A stretch of DNA of 64,000 bases from contig CAVQYR010000001.1 of NCBI GenBank assembly GCA_963718235.1, forward strand, positions 1,728,001-1,792,000, written 5' to 3'. Positions 35,797 to 44,808 of the stretch are shown in pieces. The stretch is from an uncultured Actinomycetota bacterium. Lineage in GTDB: Bacteria; Actinomycetota; Actinomycetes; JAHEKZ01. The first letter of the stretch is position 1, and each line of letters starts with the position of its first letter. The position numbers and the translations under genes were made by a program. The notes beneath the pieces were generated by a model, which worked only from the letters and a program-made list of their open reading frames with translations, was not told the DNA's origin and ran no database searches.

Positions 35797-35905
35797 GGGC
35801 CGCCGGCCCGGCATCTGGCCGGGCTCTGGAGGTTGACCGATCCGTCGGTTAGGCGTATGACGAGGACACAGTGCGAGTCCGTGCTGCCCAACGAATCGAG
35901 GCACC

Positions 35906-36304
35906 GTGACGCCGAAACCGCTCCCCCTGATTGCCGCCGTCGCCCTCCTTGGCGGACTCGCCGCGCCTTCGTTCGCCAGCGTCAGCACCGCGGCGAGCCG
36001 CGCGGAGACAACGGTCACGATCCACACCCAGAACGGCGAGTTCTGGGGCACCCTGACCAGTCCTCGGCCGAAGAAGTGCGCTGACGAGCGGAAGGTCACG
36101 CTCTACAAGCAGACCGGGAAGGAGCAGGATCCCAGCGTCGACCAGAAGATGGCCAGCGACATCTCCTCGCTCAGCGGGACCCGCTACAAGTGGTCGACCG
36201 GAACGACCGGTCTTCGCCACGGGAGGTTCTACGCCCGGGTCGGCCGCACTGCCGACTGCAAGGCGGACACCAGCAAGACGGTCCGCGCGAGCGCCACGAC
36301 CTAG
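35906..36304 (+). CDS. Small secreted hypothetical protein
   Basis: Signal peptide, two Cys, beta-rich composition, high GC3 codon pattern. Confidence 0.65.
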   Translation: MTPKPLPLIAAVALLGGLAAPSFASVSTAASRAETTVTIHTQNGEFWGTLTSPRPKKCADERKVTLYKQTGKEQDPSVDQKMASDISSLSGTRYKWSTGTTGLRHGRFYARVGRTADCKADTSKTVRASATT

Positions 36305-36332
36305 CCGGCTCGGACGGACCTGAGGGATCGAC

Positions 36333-37988
36333 ATGCACACAGTCGCCCGGTCGACGGCAGCCACGCTCGCCCTCCTTGCCGTGGTCGCGCTCACGGGTCC
36401 AGCGGCCCACAGCGCCGCCGCAGCGCGTCTTCAGCCGGCCGGATGGTCACCTCCGACGGCGATACCCGGGACGGCCGGGCAGGCCAACCCGGTGGCGTCG
36501 ACCGCGCCCGACGGGAGCGAGGTGGTCCTGTGGGCAGTCCCCGGGTCGGCGTCGCCTGAGAACACCGTGAGAGCACGGTTGCGATCCCCCGGCTCGACCA
36601 CGTGGAGACGCTTGCCCTCACCGATGGTGGACAAGCCCTACGGGGGCGTGATCGCGGTCGTTCCCACGGTCAAGGGGGACTTCTGGGCCACGTTCACCTG
36701 GTTCGGGCAGATCGGTATCTCCGAGGTCTACGTGTCGCGCCTGGACGCGGGTACACGTCAGTGGACCAAGCCGACACGGGTCTTCCACGATGCCGACTAC
36801 GGCCACGAGTCACCCTCCTTGGCCATCAGCGACAACGGGACGGTGTTCATCGCGGCCACGGCGGTCCCGCACACCTTCACCAACCCGCCGCAGTACCGCG
36901 CCGAGGTGGCGACCAGGTCTCCGGGCTCCCGCTGGCGAACGACGTTCCTGTCACCAGTCAACAAGCACGCGTACACCATGAACCTTGTGGCGAACCCGAA
37001 GGGGCAGGCCGCGTTCTCCTTCATCCAGGGCTACGACCTGAGCGCCATGCGGGTACGAGCCGCGACCAGGGGCGCAGGAGCGAAGGCCACGTGGAACGTG
37101 GCCGACCTCTCGGTCGCAGGCGACGCTCAGCGTGCGTACACCGCGATAGGGGCCGACGGCACCGCCGCCGTCGAGTGGAACGCGCCCTCCACGGGCGCCC
37201 AGACCGTCCGCCTCGCGACTCTTGCGAACGCAGGCGGAGACTCGTGGACGGTGAGCGACGCGGTGACCGGCGGAGGGTCCAACAGTGCGACGTTCCCCGT
37301 AGTGACCCCCGACGGGGTCGTCACGGCGCTGTGGGAGACGTTCAACAACCCGAACTCGCTGCTCTATGCCCGTCAGCTGACGGGCGGCAGCTGGGGCACT
37401 GCCACGCCGTACTCCCAGGGTGGGTTCCGGTCCGTGCTCCAGTCGGCGGTGGTGCGACCCGGTGGTTCGGTGGCGCTGCTGTACCACCAGTTCAGCAATC
37501 CTGGCACGGTCAACGAGGGCCTGCGGTTGAGGGTCACGGACCACGGCGTCCTCGGGAGCGAAGTCACCGTCAGCGATGCCGGCGATGGCTCCGCGAACAG
37601 CGTCTGGCTGGGCGTTGACGCGGCGCTGGGCAACCATCTGGTCTGGACCCGGGGTGACTACCCCGATACCGACTTCGTGACGATGGGTGACTCTGCGGTC
37701 GAGCCAGTCGCGATGCGGTCGCCGTACTCAGGCGTCCAGGTCAGAAGGGCCAAGGTCGCGGGGAGGATGCGAGTCGGTCACCGGGCCACGTGCAGGACGG
37801 GCTACTGGGTGGGCGCCGCGACGATCACCTACCGCTGGTTCCGCGGTGCTTCGGTGATCAGGCACGAGTCCCGCCGCCAGCACCTCCTGGTGGCTGCCGA
37901 CAAGAGCCACACGGTCTCCTGCCGGGTGAAGGCGGCCAGTGACTCCGGCGTGCAGCGGCTCAGCAGCAGCGGACGCCGAGTCCGCTAG
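36333..37988 (+). CDS. Secreted repeat protein with C-terminal Ig-like domain
   Basis: Signal peptide; repeated G.A...W..R....W units; tail RVG..ATC.TG.W...ITYRW.R...D...VSC.V. Confidence 0.7.
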   Translation: MHTVARSTAATLALLAVVALTGPAAHSAAAARLQPAGWSPPTAIPGTAGQANPVASTAPDGSEVVLWAVPGSASPENTVRARLRSPGSTTWRRLPSPMVDKPYGGVIAVVPTVKGDFWATFTWFGQIGISEVYVSRLDAGTRQWTKPTRVFHDADYGHESPSLAISDNGTVFIAATAVPHTFTNPPQYRAEVATRSPGSRWRTTFLSPVNKHAYTMNLVANPKGQAAFSFIQGYDLSAMRVRAATRGAGAKATWNVADLSVAGDAQRAYTAIGADGTAAVEWNAPSTGAQTVRLATLANAGGDSWTVSDAVTGGGSNSATFPVVTPDGVVTALWETFNNPNSLLYARQLTGGSWGTATPYSQGGFRSVLQSAVVRPGGSVALLYHQFSNPGTVNEGLRLRVTDHGVLGSEVTVSDAGDGSANSVWLGVDAALGNHLVWTRGDYPDTDFVTMGDSAVEPVAMRSPYSGVQVRRAKVAGRMRVGHRATCRTGYWVGAATITYRWFRGASVIRHESRRQHLLVAADKSHTVSCRVKAASDSGVQRLSSSGRRVR

Positions 37989-38029
37989 GCACCGCGGTTC
38001 TACCGATGGCGTGGCCGGTCGGCGAGCCG

Positions 38030-38479
38030 TCACAACGCGGGGGGGCGACCCTCGAAGGGAGTGCTGAGGACGACGGTCGTGCGGGTCGTTGCGTTGCCGA
38101 CGGCCCGGATCTGGGCGACCAGCGCCTCCAGCTCGCGCGGCGATGCCACTCGTGCGAGCAGGACGTAGTTGGCGTCGCCGGCGACGCTGTAGCACGACTC
38201 GATGGCGCCCAGCGGGGCCAGCCGGTCGGGAAGGTCGTCGGGCTCTGCCGGGTCGATCGGTGTGATCGAGATGAAGGCGGTGAGCGGGAGCCCGACCGCC
38301 TCGGCGTCGAGCCTGGCGGAGTAGCCCCGCACCACGCCACGCTCCTCGAGGCGCCGCACCCTCTGGTGCACGGCCGACGTCGACAGCCCGGTTGACTTGG
38401 CGAGCTCGGTGTAGCTGACCCGCCCGTCCGCGACCAGCCGGGTCACGATCGCCCGGTCGGCCTCATCCAGGGGGTCCAT
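38030..38479 (-). CDS. Lrp/AsnC family regulator
   Basis: LD..DRAIV..L..DGRVSY.ELA..GLS.SAV..RV.RLE..G; TAGAGT 7 nt before the ATG. Confidence 0.93.
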   Translation of the reverse strand: MDPLDEADRAIVTRLVADGRVSYTELAKSTGLSTSAVHQRVRRLEERGVVRGYSARLDAEAVGLPLTAFISITPIDPAEPDDLPDRLAPLGAIESCYSVAGDANYVLLARVASPRELEALVAQIRAVGNATTRTTVVLSTPFEGRPPAL

Positions 38480-38527
38480 GGCTTCGACTCTAGGGCAGCG
38501 CGCCCTGTCGGCTGGCGGTCCGAGTCG

Positions 38528-39679
38528 TCAGCCGGTGAGCGCACGCCCGATCACGACCCGTTGGATCTGGTTGGTCCCCTCGACGATCTGCAGCACCTTG
38601 GCCTCGCGGAACCATCGCTCGGCCGGCCAGTCTCTGACGTACCCGGCCCCGCCAAGCACCTGGACGGCGTCGGTGGTGACCCGCATCGCCATGTCCGTGG
38701 CGAACAGCTTGGCCATCGCTGCTTGCTTGGTGAACGCCTGACCGGCATCCTTGCGGCGAGCGGCCGACAGGTAGAGCGCGCGGGCCGCCTCGATCTCGGT
38801 GGCCATGTCGGCGAGCATGAACGACAAGCCCTGGAACGACGCGATGGGACGGCCGAACTGCTGCCGCTCCCCCGCGTACCTGACCGCGAGGTCCAGGGCG
38901 GCCTGGGCCAGGCCGACCGCACACGCAGCGATCCCCAGCCGGCCGCCGTCGAGCGCAGCCAACGCGATCGTGAACCCTTGCCCTTCGGCGCCGATCCTGC
39001 GGTCGACGTCGACTCGGGCGTCGTCGAGCAGGATCTGTGCGGTGGGGGACGACGACGCCCCCATCTTGTGCTCGGGCGCCGCTGCCGACAGACCGGGGGT
39101 CGCAGCATCGGCCAACAGGCAGGTGATGCCCTTGGCGCTGTCGTCGGACGTGCGGACCATGAGGTTGTAGTAGTCGGCGACTCCCCCGTGCGTGATCCAC
39201 GCCTTGGTGCCGCGGACGACGTATGCGTCTCCGTCAGCCGTGGCGCGGGTCTGCAGTGCGGCGGCATCGGACCCTGAGCTCGGCTCGGACAGGCAGTAGG
39301 CCCCCAGCAGCTCGCCGCCCAGCATGTCGGGCATGAACCGCTCGCGCTGCACATCGGTCCCGAACTGGGCGACGGGGAACGTGGCCAGCGTGTGCACGCT
39401 GACGCCGATCGCCACCGACAGCCAGGACGAGGCGAGCTCCTCGAGGACCTGCAGGTAGTCGTGGTACGGCAGGCCGGCACCGCCGTGCTCCTGCGGGTAG
39501 GCCAGGCCCAGCAGGCCGGCGTGACCCAGGGTGCGGTACACCTCGCGCGGGAACTCACCTCGCGCCTCGAAGCCGTCGACCTTTGGGGCGAGCTCACGCG
39601 AGCAGATGTCACGGACGAGCTCCAGCAGGGCGGGGCCTTCGCTGGAGACCCAGGTGCGTTCGACCGGTGCCATGGTCAC
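38528..39679 (-). CDS. Acyl-CoA dehydrogenase
   Basis: YCLSEP.SGSD, GTKAWIT, KMG, GRLGIAA, RQQFGRPI, QVLGG.GY, IVEGTNQIQR. Confidence 0.94.
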   Translation of the reverse strand: MTMAPVERTWVSSEGPALLELVRDICSRELAPKVDGFEARGEFPREVYRTLGHAGLLGLAYPQEHGGAGLPYHDYLQVLEELASSWLSVAIGVSVHTLATFPVAQFGTDVQRERFMPDMLGGELLGAYCLSEPSSGSDAAALQTRATADGDAYVVRGTKAWITHGGVADYYNLMVRTSDDSAKGITCLLADAATPGLSAAAPEHKMGASSSPTAQILLDDARVDVDRRIGAEGQGFTIALAALDGGRLGIAACAVGLAQAALDLAVRYAGERQQFGRPIASFQGLSFMLADMATEIEAARALYLSAARRKDAGQAFTKQAAMAKLFATDMAMRVTTDAVQVLGGAGYVRDWPAERWFREAKVLQIVEGTNQIQRVVIGRALTG

Positions 39680-40782
39680 TCCACCACCACGAGGTCGTGC
39701 GGGCTCTGGTTGAGGGAGCGGACGCCTTCTGCGGTCACGACCACGATGTCCTCGATCCGGGCGCCGTGCCGACCCTCGAGGTAGATGCCCGGCTCGATGC
39801 TGAACGCCATGCCGACGTCGACCGTCTCGGCGTTGCCGCTGATGATGTAGGGCTCCTCGTGGCTCTCCAGCCCGATGCCATGGCCGGTGCGGTGGATGAA
39901 GTGGTCGCCGTAGCCGGCGTCGGTGATCGGAGCACGGGCCGCGTCGTCGATGGACTCGGCCGAGACGCCGGGCCGCACGTGCTGGACCGACGCACGCTGC
40001 GCCTTCTGCAGCACGTCGTAGTACGCCAGGAAGTCCTCGGGCGGCTGACCGACGCTGTAGGTGCGGGTGGAGTCACTGCAGTAGCCCGAAGGCATCGCGC
40101 CGCCGATGTCGACGACGACCGGGTCGCCGGCCTTGATCACCCGGTCGCTGAGCTCGTGGTGCGGGCTGGCGCCGTTTGGGCCCGAGGCGACGATCACGAA
40201 GTCGACGGTGGTGTGGCCCTCGGCCACGATCGCCTCGGCGATGTCGTGGCCCACCTCGACCTCGGTCCGGCCGGCACGCAGCATCTCCGGAACCTGGGCG
40301 TGCACCCGGTCGATGGCTGCTCCCGCTGCTGCGAGGTGCTCGATCTCGCGTGCGTCCTTGCGCATGCGCAGCTCGCGCAGGACCGGCCCGGCCAGAGACT
40401 GCTGGACCGCAGGCATCGCGTCGCGCAGGTGGAGCACCTTGGCCGCGGCCATCACGTCGTCGAGTCCGACGATCCCGGTGGCCGGCAGCAGGGATGCGAC
40501 CAGGGCGTAGGGGTCGTCGGTCTCCTCCCACCCGATGATGTCGAACCCGAGCCGGCCGGCGGGAGACGCCGCGGCAGCCGGGACCTCGAGCCGCGGCGAG
40601 ACGAGGACCGGATCGGCGTCGGCGCGAAGCACGAGACACGTCAGGCGCTCGAGTGGGATCGCGTCGTACCCGGTGAGGTAGTGCAGGTTCGGGCCGGGAG
40701 TGACGAGCAGGGCGTCGACCCCTGCGCTCGCCGTAGCGGTGCGGGCTCGCTCGATCCGATCGGTCAGTGCGGTGATGTCCAC
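39676..40782 (-). CDS. M24 Xaa-Pro dipeptidase (PepE/PepQ-like)
   Basis: Creatinase-type N-domain; SPHH, DIGG, YCSD.TR, HRTGHGIGL..HE, EPGIY, RIED. Confidence 0.92.
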   Translation of the reverse strand: MDITALTDRIERARTATASAGVDALLVTPGPNLHYLTGYDAIPLERLTCLVLRADADPVLVSPRLEVPAAAASPAGRLGFDIIGWEETDDPYALVASLLPATGIVGLDDVMAAAKVLHLRDAMPAVQQSLAGPVLRELRMRKDAREIEHLAAAGAAIDRVHAQVPEMLRAGRTEVEVGHDIAEAIVAEGHTTVDFVIVASGPNGASPHHELSDRVIKAGDPVVVDIGGAMPSGYCSDSTRTYSVGQPPEDFLAYYDVLQKAQRASVQHVRPGVSAESIDDAARAPITDAGYGDHFIHRTGHGIGLESHEEPYIISGNAETVDVGMAFSIEPGIYLEGRHGARIEDIVVVTAEGVRSLNQSPHDLVVVE

Positions 40783-40791
40783 CCGGTCAGC

Positions 40792-41079
40792 CTACGGGCG
40801 ACCGAACTGCCACAGCGCGGAGATCGTCGGCTCCCCCGCCTTCAGGCCGAGCTCGGCGATCCGCGGGAGGAGGACGTCGTCCAGGAAGGACCTCATCTCG
40901 GGCTCGCTGCGCCACACGTCGGTGATCAACAAGCCGTCTGCGGACGGTCGGCCGACGTGAACCATGAGTCCCGCGGGTGGCCCGCCCATGGCCTCCATGG
41001 TCTCTCCCACGCGCTGGTCCAGAAGGTCTGCCTCGTCTCGTCCGGTCCCGGCAACGTGCAGCTCGACAACGATCGCCAC
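40792..41079 (-). CDS. Small hypothetical protein, probable dimeric alpha-beta barrel (ABM-like)
   Basis: RBS GGAGG, GTG start; PAGLMVH..R...GLLITDVWRSE...F. Confidence 0.65.
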   Translation of the reverse strand: MAIVVELHVAGTGRDEADLLDQRVGETMEAMGGPPAGLMVHVGRPSADGLLITDVWRSEPEMRSFLDDVLLPRIAELGLKAGEPTISALWQFGRP

Positions 41080-41184
41080 GCCTGGCCTCCTCGCCTTCCT
41101 CCCGCGCGGAGCCACCTCCGGCGCGGTCAGGCTACGCACCTCCGCAGGACGCGGCAACGCACGGCGAACGGATAGTGTCGTCGG

Positions 41185-42117
41185 GTGCCGAACGCCTCGA
41201 CCGTGCTCGCGCTCGACTCCGCGTCGATGTACTTCCGCGCCTACTACGGCGTCCCTGAGTCGATGACGGCTCCGGACGGCATGCCGGTCAACGCTGTTCG
41301 CGGGTTCCTGGATGCCATCGCGCGACTGGTGACCGAGTACCGGCCTGGGCAGCTGGTCGCCACGTTCGACGCCGACTGGCGTCCGCAGTTCCGGGTCGAG
41401 CTGCTGCCCCAGTACAAGGCACAGAGGGTGGCCGCGGAGGGCGGGGAGGAGGTGCCGGACACCTTGTCGCCGCAGGTACCCGTGATCCAGGCCGTTCTCG
41501 ATGCGATCGGCATCACGCGGTGCGAGGTCGAGGGGTTCGAGGCCGACGACGTCCTTGCTTCGCTCGCCGAGCAGGCTGACGGACCGGTCGATGTCGTCAC
41601 TGGCGACCGCGACCTCTTCCAGCTCGTGGACGACGCCAAGGGCATCCGCGTGCTGTACACCGCCAAGGGCTTCGCCAAGCTGGAGGTGGTGGACGAGGCA
41701 ACGGTGATGGCCAAGTACGGCGTGCCGGCCGCGCACTACGCCGACTTCGCGGCGCTTCGAGGAGATGCCTCTGATGGGCTGCCCGGTGTTCGCGGGGTCG
41801 GCGACAAGTCGGCGGCGGCTCTGGTTCAGCAGTTCGGCAGCATCGAGCACCTGGTCGCGTCACTCGCCGACCCGGACGCCGACGTGCCTCACCGGGGCAA
41901 GCTCGAGGGCGCAGCCGACTACCTGGCCGTGGCCCCACGCGTGGTCCGGGTGCGTCGCGACCTGGCGCTGGGGTTGGAGGGCCAGTCACCGGCAGCGGCG
42001 CTCGCCGGTGACATCGCGGACCCGAAGCAGCTCGAGGCGCTGACGGCACGCTACGGGTTGGCCCAGTCGGTGAAACGGCTGTGCACAGCCCTGGCATCGG
42101 GGCCTGCTGTCGCGTAG
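41185..42117 (+). CDS. Stand-alone 5'-3' exonuclease/flap endonuclease (Rv2090-like)
   Basis: LD..SMYFRAYY, NAVRGF, YKA.R, FEADDV, TGDRDL.QL, LRGD.SD.LPGV.G.G.K. Confidence 0.92.
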   Translation: MPNASTVLALDSASMYFRAYYGVPESMTAPDGMPVNAVRGFLDAIARLVTEYRPGQLVATFDADWRPQFRVELLPQYKAQRVAAEGGEEVPDTLSPQVPVIQAVLDAIGITRCEVEGFEADDVLASLAEQADGPVDVVTGDRDLFQLVDDAKGIRVLYTAKGFAKLEVVDEATVMAKYGVPAAHYADFAALRGDASDGLPGVRGVGDKSAAALVQQFGSIEHLVASLADPDADVPHRGKLEGAADYLAVAPRVVRVRRDLALGLEGQSPAAALAGDIADPKQLEALTARYGLAQSVKRLCTALASGPAVA

Positions 42118-42135
42118 AATCGAACACATGTTCGA
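42115..42135 (+). promoter_or_regulatory. LexA (SOS) box with -10 element
   Basis: TCGAAC-ACAT-GTTCGA (42120-42135) is a perfect match to the actinobacterial TCGAAC-N4-GTTCGA; TAGAAT at 42115-42120; contains the ATG at 42128. Confidence 0.9.
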
Positions 42136-43687
42136 CGATGCTGCACCCCGGACCCCGTTGGTCGACCCCCTGGGTGGGCTGGCGCCGTCGGCTGCGGACA
42201 TGGACGCCTGGTGGGAGGAGTCTCAGCGGGCCGATGAGTCGGCGGCGATGGAGTGGCCGGGAGACGAGTCCTCGACGCTCGACCCCGCCCTGCACGAGCA
42301 CCAGACGATGCCGGTGGACTGGTGGGGGGTCACCGACCGCAGTGACCCGCGGTTGTTCAGTGAGCAGCTGACGGCGGACTGGGCGGCCGCTCGGGCCGTG
42401 CTGGCCGGGCCGGGGGGCGAGGCCGCGGCACTGCTGGACTCCATCGAGGTAAGCGACCTGTCCGGAGCGGGTCGGTTGGACTTCCTGCAGGCGACCGAGG
42501 CGCAGAGCAGTTGGCTGTGTGCGCGGCAGTCCCAGGCGTTGGTCGCCCATGTGGGCCACCGGTACCGGGCCGGCGCGGGAGATGCGGTGGCCGAACTGGC
42601 TCAGTCCGGTGCGTTGTACGAAGCCCAGCTGGCGATGAACGTGTCGGTCAACGAGGCCTACCGCCGCTGGCGGGTGAGTGTGGGGCTGGCCGGGCGGCTA
42701 GGCGACACCGCGGTCCTGCTGGAACAGGGCGTGCTGTCCCCGCTGGGCGCCAGGGCGGTGGTCGAGGCGGTCGAAGATCTGTCGGACGAGAACACCATCC
42801 GGGTGCAGGCCAGGGTGCTGCCCAAGGCGGCTGGCCGCCCGGTGGCTGACCTGCGGCGGGCGTTGCGGGCCGCGGTCGACCGGGTCGACTCCGAGGCTGC
42901 AGCCCGACGCCATCACCGGGGAGTGGCCGAGCGAGGCGTCGCCCGGTGGTCGTTGCCCGACGGGCTGGCTCGGCTGGTGGTCACGTCCTCCGCCCACGAC
43001 GTCGAGGTCATGCACCAGGCACTGACCGTTCTCGCCGGGCCGAGGGAGGCCAACGACCCCCGAACCCTGGGTGCCCGCCGGGTCGACGCGCTGCTCGGGT
43101 TGTGCCTGGGCGCTGTGGCCCCCGGCGGCCCTGACCCCACCGGATCGGCCGTGTCGACCGAGTCGGCTGGGTCACCGGCGCGGGTGCCGGCCGCTCCGGT
43201 CACCCCGGTGTGCGCCCAGATCGTGGTCGACCTGCCCACGTTGGCCGGCCTCGCCGACCACCCCTGCCACCTGAAGGGCTACGGGTCGGTCCCGGCCGAA
43301 ATCGCGCGCGGCTGGCTGGCCCACGCCACCACGTGGCAACGGCTGGTCACCGACCCGGTCACCGGACACCTGCTCGACGCCGGCCCGACCGTGCGGTTCG
43401 CACCCGACCAGATCCGGGCGTTCGTCACCGCTCGGGACCAGACCTGCACCGCCCCTGGCTGCCGGCAACCAGCGAGGCGCGCCGACCTGGACCACCACCC
43501 ACCCTGGCGACCCGACGGCACCGGGGGTCGAACCTCGGCCGAGCAGCTCGCTGCGTTGTGCCGACACCACCACCGACTCAAGACGCACACCAAGTGGCGG
43601 ATTGCCGCCCGGAGCCATGGCACCACCGAGTGGGTCAGCCCCGACGGTCGGCACTACACCACCGAACCGCCACCACTGGTCGACTGA
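42128..43687 (+). CDS. DUF222 (REP13E12-like) protein with C-terminal HNH nuclease domain
   Basis: D.RT..ARR.DAL, L.GYG.VP, RLVTDPVTG.L, RD.TC..PGC..DLDH...G.T...L..LCRHHHRLK. Confidence 0.9.
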   Translation: MFDDAAPRTPLVDPLGGLAPSAADMDAWWEESQRADESAAMEWPGDESSTLDPALHEHQTMPVDWWGVTDRSDPRLFSEQLTADWAAARAVLAGPGGEAAALLDSIEVSDLSGAGRLDFLQATEAQSSWLCARQSQALVAHVGHRYRAGAGDAVAELAQSGALYEAQLAMNVSVNEAYRRWRVSVGLAGRLGDTAVLLEQGVLSPLGARAVVEAVEDLSDENTIRVQARVLPKAAGRPVADLRRALRAAVDRVDSEAAARRHHRGVAERGVARWSLPDGLARLVVTSSAHDVEVMHQALTVLAGPREANDPRTLGARRVDALLGLCLGAVAPGGPDPTGSAVSTESAGSPARVPAAPVTPVCAQIVVDLPTLAGLADHPCHLKGYGSVPAEIARGWLAHATTWQRLVTDPVTGHLLDAGPTVRFAPDQIRAFVTARDQTCTAPGCRQPARRADLDHHPPWRPDGTGGRTSAEQLAALCRHHHRLKTHTKWRIAARSHGTTEWVSPDGRHYTTEPPPLVD

Positions 43688-43728
43688 CCTCTGGCGCACT
43701 CAGTGCCGCGCGTGGTCATGCTGGCACC

Positions 43729-44799
43729 ATGACCACGACCGGGTTCGAGGCGACGCCAGCCGGATCCGACGCTCTGGACGAGACCCTGGTTCGACTGCAC
43801 CGTTGTGGGCCGGAGTTCGACGGTCGCCTGTCCAACCACGCACCGATGGTGGTCGAGGCACTGGTGCGTCATGGCCGAGTCGATGACGTCGAGGGCTGGG
43901 TCGGCCGCTATGAGTCCCGGTTGGACGCGCTGCCGCGCCCGTCTTCGCGGATCGGCCCGTCGGCGTGGCGGGAGGCGCTCGGGGACCCCTCCCGACTCGG
44001 TGACTGGACTGCGTTCTTCGACGACGAGCTCAGGGACGCTGCCTGGAACGACATCCTGGTGCGGTGGTGGCCACGGCTGCTCCCGGGCCTGGCGGCCAGC
44101 GCGACGCACTCGGTGATCCGGCTCGGGCACTGTGTGCAAGCCCTGCGTACGGCGGGACCGTCGCAGCCCCGTCTCGACGAGCTGGCGCAGACGCTGGGCT
44201 ACTGGGCAGCTCGATGGCTCCCCGTCGCCAGTGACCCCACGCCCGGAGGGAGCTGGGGCGTCGCGACGGCCCTTGGCCGGGTGCCCGCACTCGGCGGACC
44301 CGACGCTGCGTTCCCGGACCGGCTGGAGGCTCTGGCAACAGACCCGCGATGGCCCGACGCCGCCGGAGGTGCCGATCTGGCCACCGGGCCGGACGCCGTC
44401 GAGCAGCTGCTGCGCGACCTGGTGACCGCGGCCACACTGCACTACCGGACCCACGGCGCCGGCGAGCCGATCATGCTCGTGCACGCGGCCACGGCTCCCA
44501 ACGCCGTCCTTCGGGTGCTGCCCTCGCTGCCTCGCGACCTGTGGCCGTCCAGCCTGCGTGCCGCCTGGACGGCCACGGCGGCGGTGACGATGATCTACAA
44601 CCCCACGCATGAGACGCCTGCGCCGGAGGACTTGCCCGAAAGGGGCGACCCCCAGGACGTCTTCGACGAAGCGGTGGCCCACGGCGACGAGCACGTGATC
44701 AAGCTCGCCGACACCGCAGTGGACGTCCACGCGTGGTCGTCAGACCGCCGTGTGCTGGGTGCCGCCGCCGCGGCCGCGACGATGATCGACCCGGACTGA
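43729..44799 (+). CDS. Questin oxidase-like (DUF4243) protein
   Basis: GPEF.G.LSNHAPM, ATH.VIR.GH, ELA..L.YWAAR, LVHAATAPNA, HGDEHVIK. Confidence 0.8.
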   Translation: MTTTGFEATPAGSDALDETLVRLHRCGPEFDGRLSNHAPMVVEALVRHGRVDDVEGWVGRYESRLDALPRPSSRIGPSAWREALGDPSRLGDWTAFFDDELRDAAWNDILVRWWPRLLPGLAASATHSVIRLGHCVQALRTAGPSQPRLDELAQTLGYWAARWLPVASDPTPGGSWGVATALGRVPALGGPDAAFPDRLEALATDPRWPDAAGGADLATGPDAVEQLLRDLVTAATLHYRTHGAGEPIMLVHAATAPNAVLRVLPSLPRDLWPSSLRAAWTATAAVTMIYNPTHETPAPEDLPERGDPQDVFDEAVAHGDEHVIKLADTAVDVHAWSSDRRVLGAAAAAATMIDPD

Positions 44800-44808
44800 G
44801 CACCGGAG

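Noticed and set aside
38528-39679. Acyl-CoA dehydrogenase as the butyryl-CoA dehydrogenase of lysine fermentation
   Set aside because: It is not in the kam operon, has no adjacent etfAB, and is coupled to the peptidase gene; substrate cannot be assigned from sequence
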